Of a DNA stretch of 64,000 nt, positions 61,526 through 64,000 are shown in pieces. Position 1 is the first letter of the stretch. Each line of letters starts with the position of its first letter. This DNA is from Cycas panzhihuaensis (lineage: Eukaryota > Plantae > Cycadophyta): assembly GCA_023213395.1 (NCBI GenBank), contig CM041465.1, positions 175,157,741 through 175,221,740 of the forward strand. Reading direction: 5' to 3'. A program made the position numbers and the translations under genes. The notes beneath the pieces are model-generated. The model was not told the origin of the DNA. It did no database searches and was given only the letters and a program-made list of their open reading frames with translations.

Positions 61526-64000
61526 TGTAAAAACTGTTGCAATAAGGCATGCAATGAGGACATTAATTGAAAAGATTAACTATCAAAACCTTAGAAATTA
61601 ATTATAAAAAACCAATAAATCTCTATTCAATAATAGTCACACATTACATTAATTCAATGATCCTTACTTCACTTTTACATTTCGACTATTACAACTGAAT
61701 TATATCAACTTTACCTAATAATTATAAGAATAATATTCCTACCTAAGTTAGTAGATGTGAAGTGAGAGTTGTAACCCCCCATTGACTCATCACTTTCGCA
61801 TAATTATAATCCTAATATATTATAATACAAAAAATTAAGGGAGGAGGGGTCCATGATCCCTCAAAATAAACTTTAAACACTCCCCCTTAATGCTTATTTC
61901 ATTTATTCTGACACTTAAGCCATCCCTAAGAGTTTAGAATTTGTAACGTGCCAAAGGTTTGGTGAAGATATCAACCAATTGTTCTTTTGTAGGCCTATAC
62001 ACCATCTCTATTACACCTTTTTGAATCAACTCACAAATGAAGTGATGGTTCATCCCGATATGTTTGGTGCAAAGAGTGGAACACATGATTTTTGGCAATC
62101 TTTATCGTACTCTAATTATCATAGTACTAGATGGTTGGTTATGATGGTTGTAGTCCCATGTCCTCCAGAATCTAACGTAACCAAATGCTTTTGTAGCTAC
62201 TACAATTGCAGTCTTGTACTCTGCTTCAGTAGAGGATAAAGTAACATTTGATTGTTTTTTTGTTGCTCTATGTGATTGTAGCTGAACCCATACTAAAATA
62301 ATATCTAGAAGTTGGCCTTTTGTTGTCTACACATCTAGCCCAATCAAAATCTGTGAATCTTGTCAACTTGAAATTATTGTTATGCTTGAATCTAAGTCCA
62401 TAGTGTATTGTCCCTTTCAAGTATTTAAGGATTCTTTTCGCAGCTTTCCAATGTCCCTACTTTGGTGATGCCATAAATTTAGACACTATTCCAATTGCAT
62501 AAAATATGTCAAGTCTAGTGGTGATCAAATATATCAGACTTCCCACTAGTTGCCTATACAATGTAGCATCTACATTTGTTCCACCATCTTCTGCTATCAA
62601 ACTAGAACATGTTTCCATGGGGGTAGGTGCAAGTTTACAATTTTCCATTATGAATTTCTTTATAATTTTCTAGGCATACTTAGCCTGCGAGATGAAGACA
62701 TGTTCAAGGCTATGCCATACTTTCACTCCAAGGAAGTAATATAAGATTCCCAGATCAGTCATTTCAAAGTAATGACTAAGATCTGCCTTCAAGCATGATA
62801 TCATATCGATATCATTACCTATGATCAATAAGTCATCAACATACAACACCACAAATATGATTTTATCATTTTCTACCTTGATGTATAGGTTTGGGTCAAC
62901 TAGAGATCTCTCAAATCCATTTTTTTGAAAGTATTGATCAATTTTCTCATACCAGACCCTAGGAGCCCACTTCAGGCCATATAAGACCTTCTAAGTTAGA
63001 ATACCAGCTGCTTGTGGCCTTTTTCAATAAAGCAAGGTGATTGCTCCATGTAGACTTCTTCATTCAACGCCCCATTCAAAAATGCACTCTTAACATCCAT
63101 CTGGTATAGTTGCTAATTGAATTGTGCATCTATTGCCATAATGAGTCGAATAGTATTCATCCTTGCAACAAGAGTGAATGTCTCTTGGTAGTCGATCCCT
63201 TCTTGTTGCTTGAAGCCCTTAGTAACAAGTCGTACTTTATACTTGTCTAAGATCCATCAGATTTGAACTTGATTCTGCAAATCCAATTGTTTGCTTACCA
63301 ATAGGCAATTCTACTAAATTCCATGTGTGGTTTTTCTTGACTGCATGGATTTCAGATTCCATAGGGTCATACCACTTTTTCTCTTTCAATGCTTTTTTAA
63401 TTGTGGATGATTCATCAACACTCAAGACAATTGCCATAAGTGCCATATTTACATGATCAGAAGGTCACATTTTTTATTTTCACTTTCCCTCAAATTTTGG
63501 TAACATTTGCTCAGCATCCTCCATGGTTTTCGAATAGTATTTTGGAAGCTTCTTCGATGATGAAGGTGAATGCTTTACATCCAACTGTTTCTTTGGCTCA
63601 GGCTTCTTCAATTCTATCTTTGGCTTAAAATCAACTTATGAAAATTGGAATGATTCCATGTCAACTACTTCACCAATGTCGAAAGGTTCAAACTCTGGCT
63701 GGACAATATCATGTGAAGAACTGCACTCAGGCGGCTCCTCAACTTGGTCTTCAACAATTGTTCGACTAACATCCTGAGTCTAATCTTCTTGGACGATCAC
63801 ATCATGAGTTGCATGAACTTTTCGATTTGATAACTCGTATACCTTATGTGCTATACTCTCCTTAGAATACCCAACAAGGATGCATTTTGTGCTTTTGTCA
63901 TACAACTCTCGGCATTTATCCTTGGGAATATGCATATATGTTGTAAACCCAAAAATTCTGAGATGACTTATAGTTGACTTCCTTCCTGACTAAGCTTCCT
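61526..64000 (-). mobile_element. 3' part of a Ty1/copia element (3' LTR ~61526-61879, RNase H, RT, integrase tail), running off the right edge
   Basis: Reverse PPT CTCCCCCTT at 61880-61888. LYVDDLLI (62670-62852), YRQLVGSLIYL (62457-62648), NHTWNLVELP (63237-63446). LTR left boundary approximate. Confidence 0.92.

Overview
This window is a gene-free, AT-rich block of nested, decayed LTR retrotransposons, typical of a very large land-plant genome. A gymnosperm or fern-type source is an inference from element style, not shown by the sequence. I resolve about 15 insertions by LTR pairs, tRNA-iMet primer-binding sites (PBS), polypurine tracts (PPT) and 5-bp target-site duplications (TSD). Ty1/copia elements lie at 6796-14195 (-), 24989-30938 (+), 31193-36538 (-), 42890-47531 (+), 48630-53832 (+) and 61526->64000 (-), with a fragment at 5035-5817. 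Ty3/gypsy elements lie at 14913-17889 (-), 37832-48577 (+), ~56610-61525 (+, CRM-like) and 5818-21874 (+, 2.7-kb LTR). There are also two non-coding copia-type derivatives (1129-~5030, 21875-24934) and several solo or orphan LTRs. All gag-pol frames are broken, and no host gene, rRNA, tRNA or CRISPR array is supported. The signals most worth a second look are non-coding: a conserved, apparently covarying ~150-nt RNA-structure module upstream of gag in four copia leaders, two arrays of hairpin-forming repeats in a non-autonomous element, and a shared CCTC-NNN-GAGG motif in unrelated gypsy LTRs. Two in-frame internal deletions fuse gag to RT and protease to the chromodomain tail. Identity figures are hand counts and approximate.
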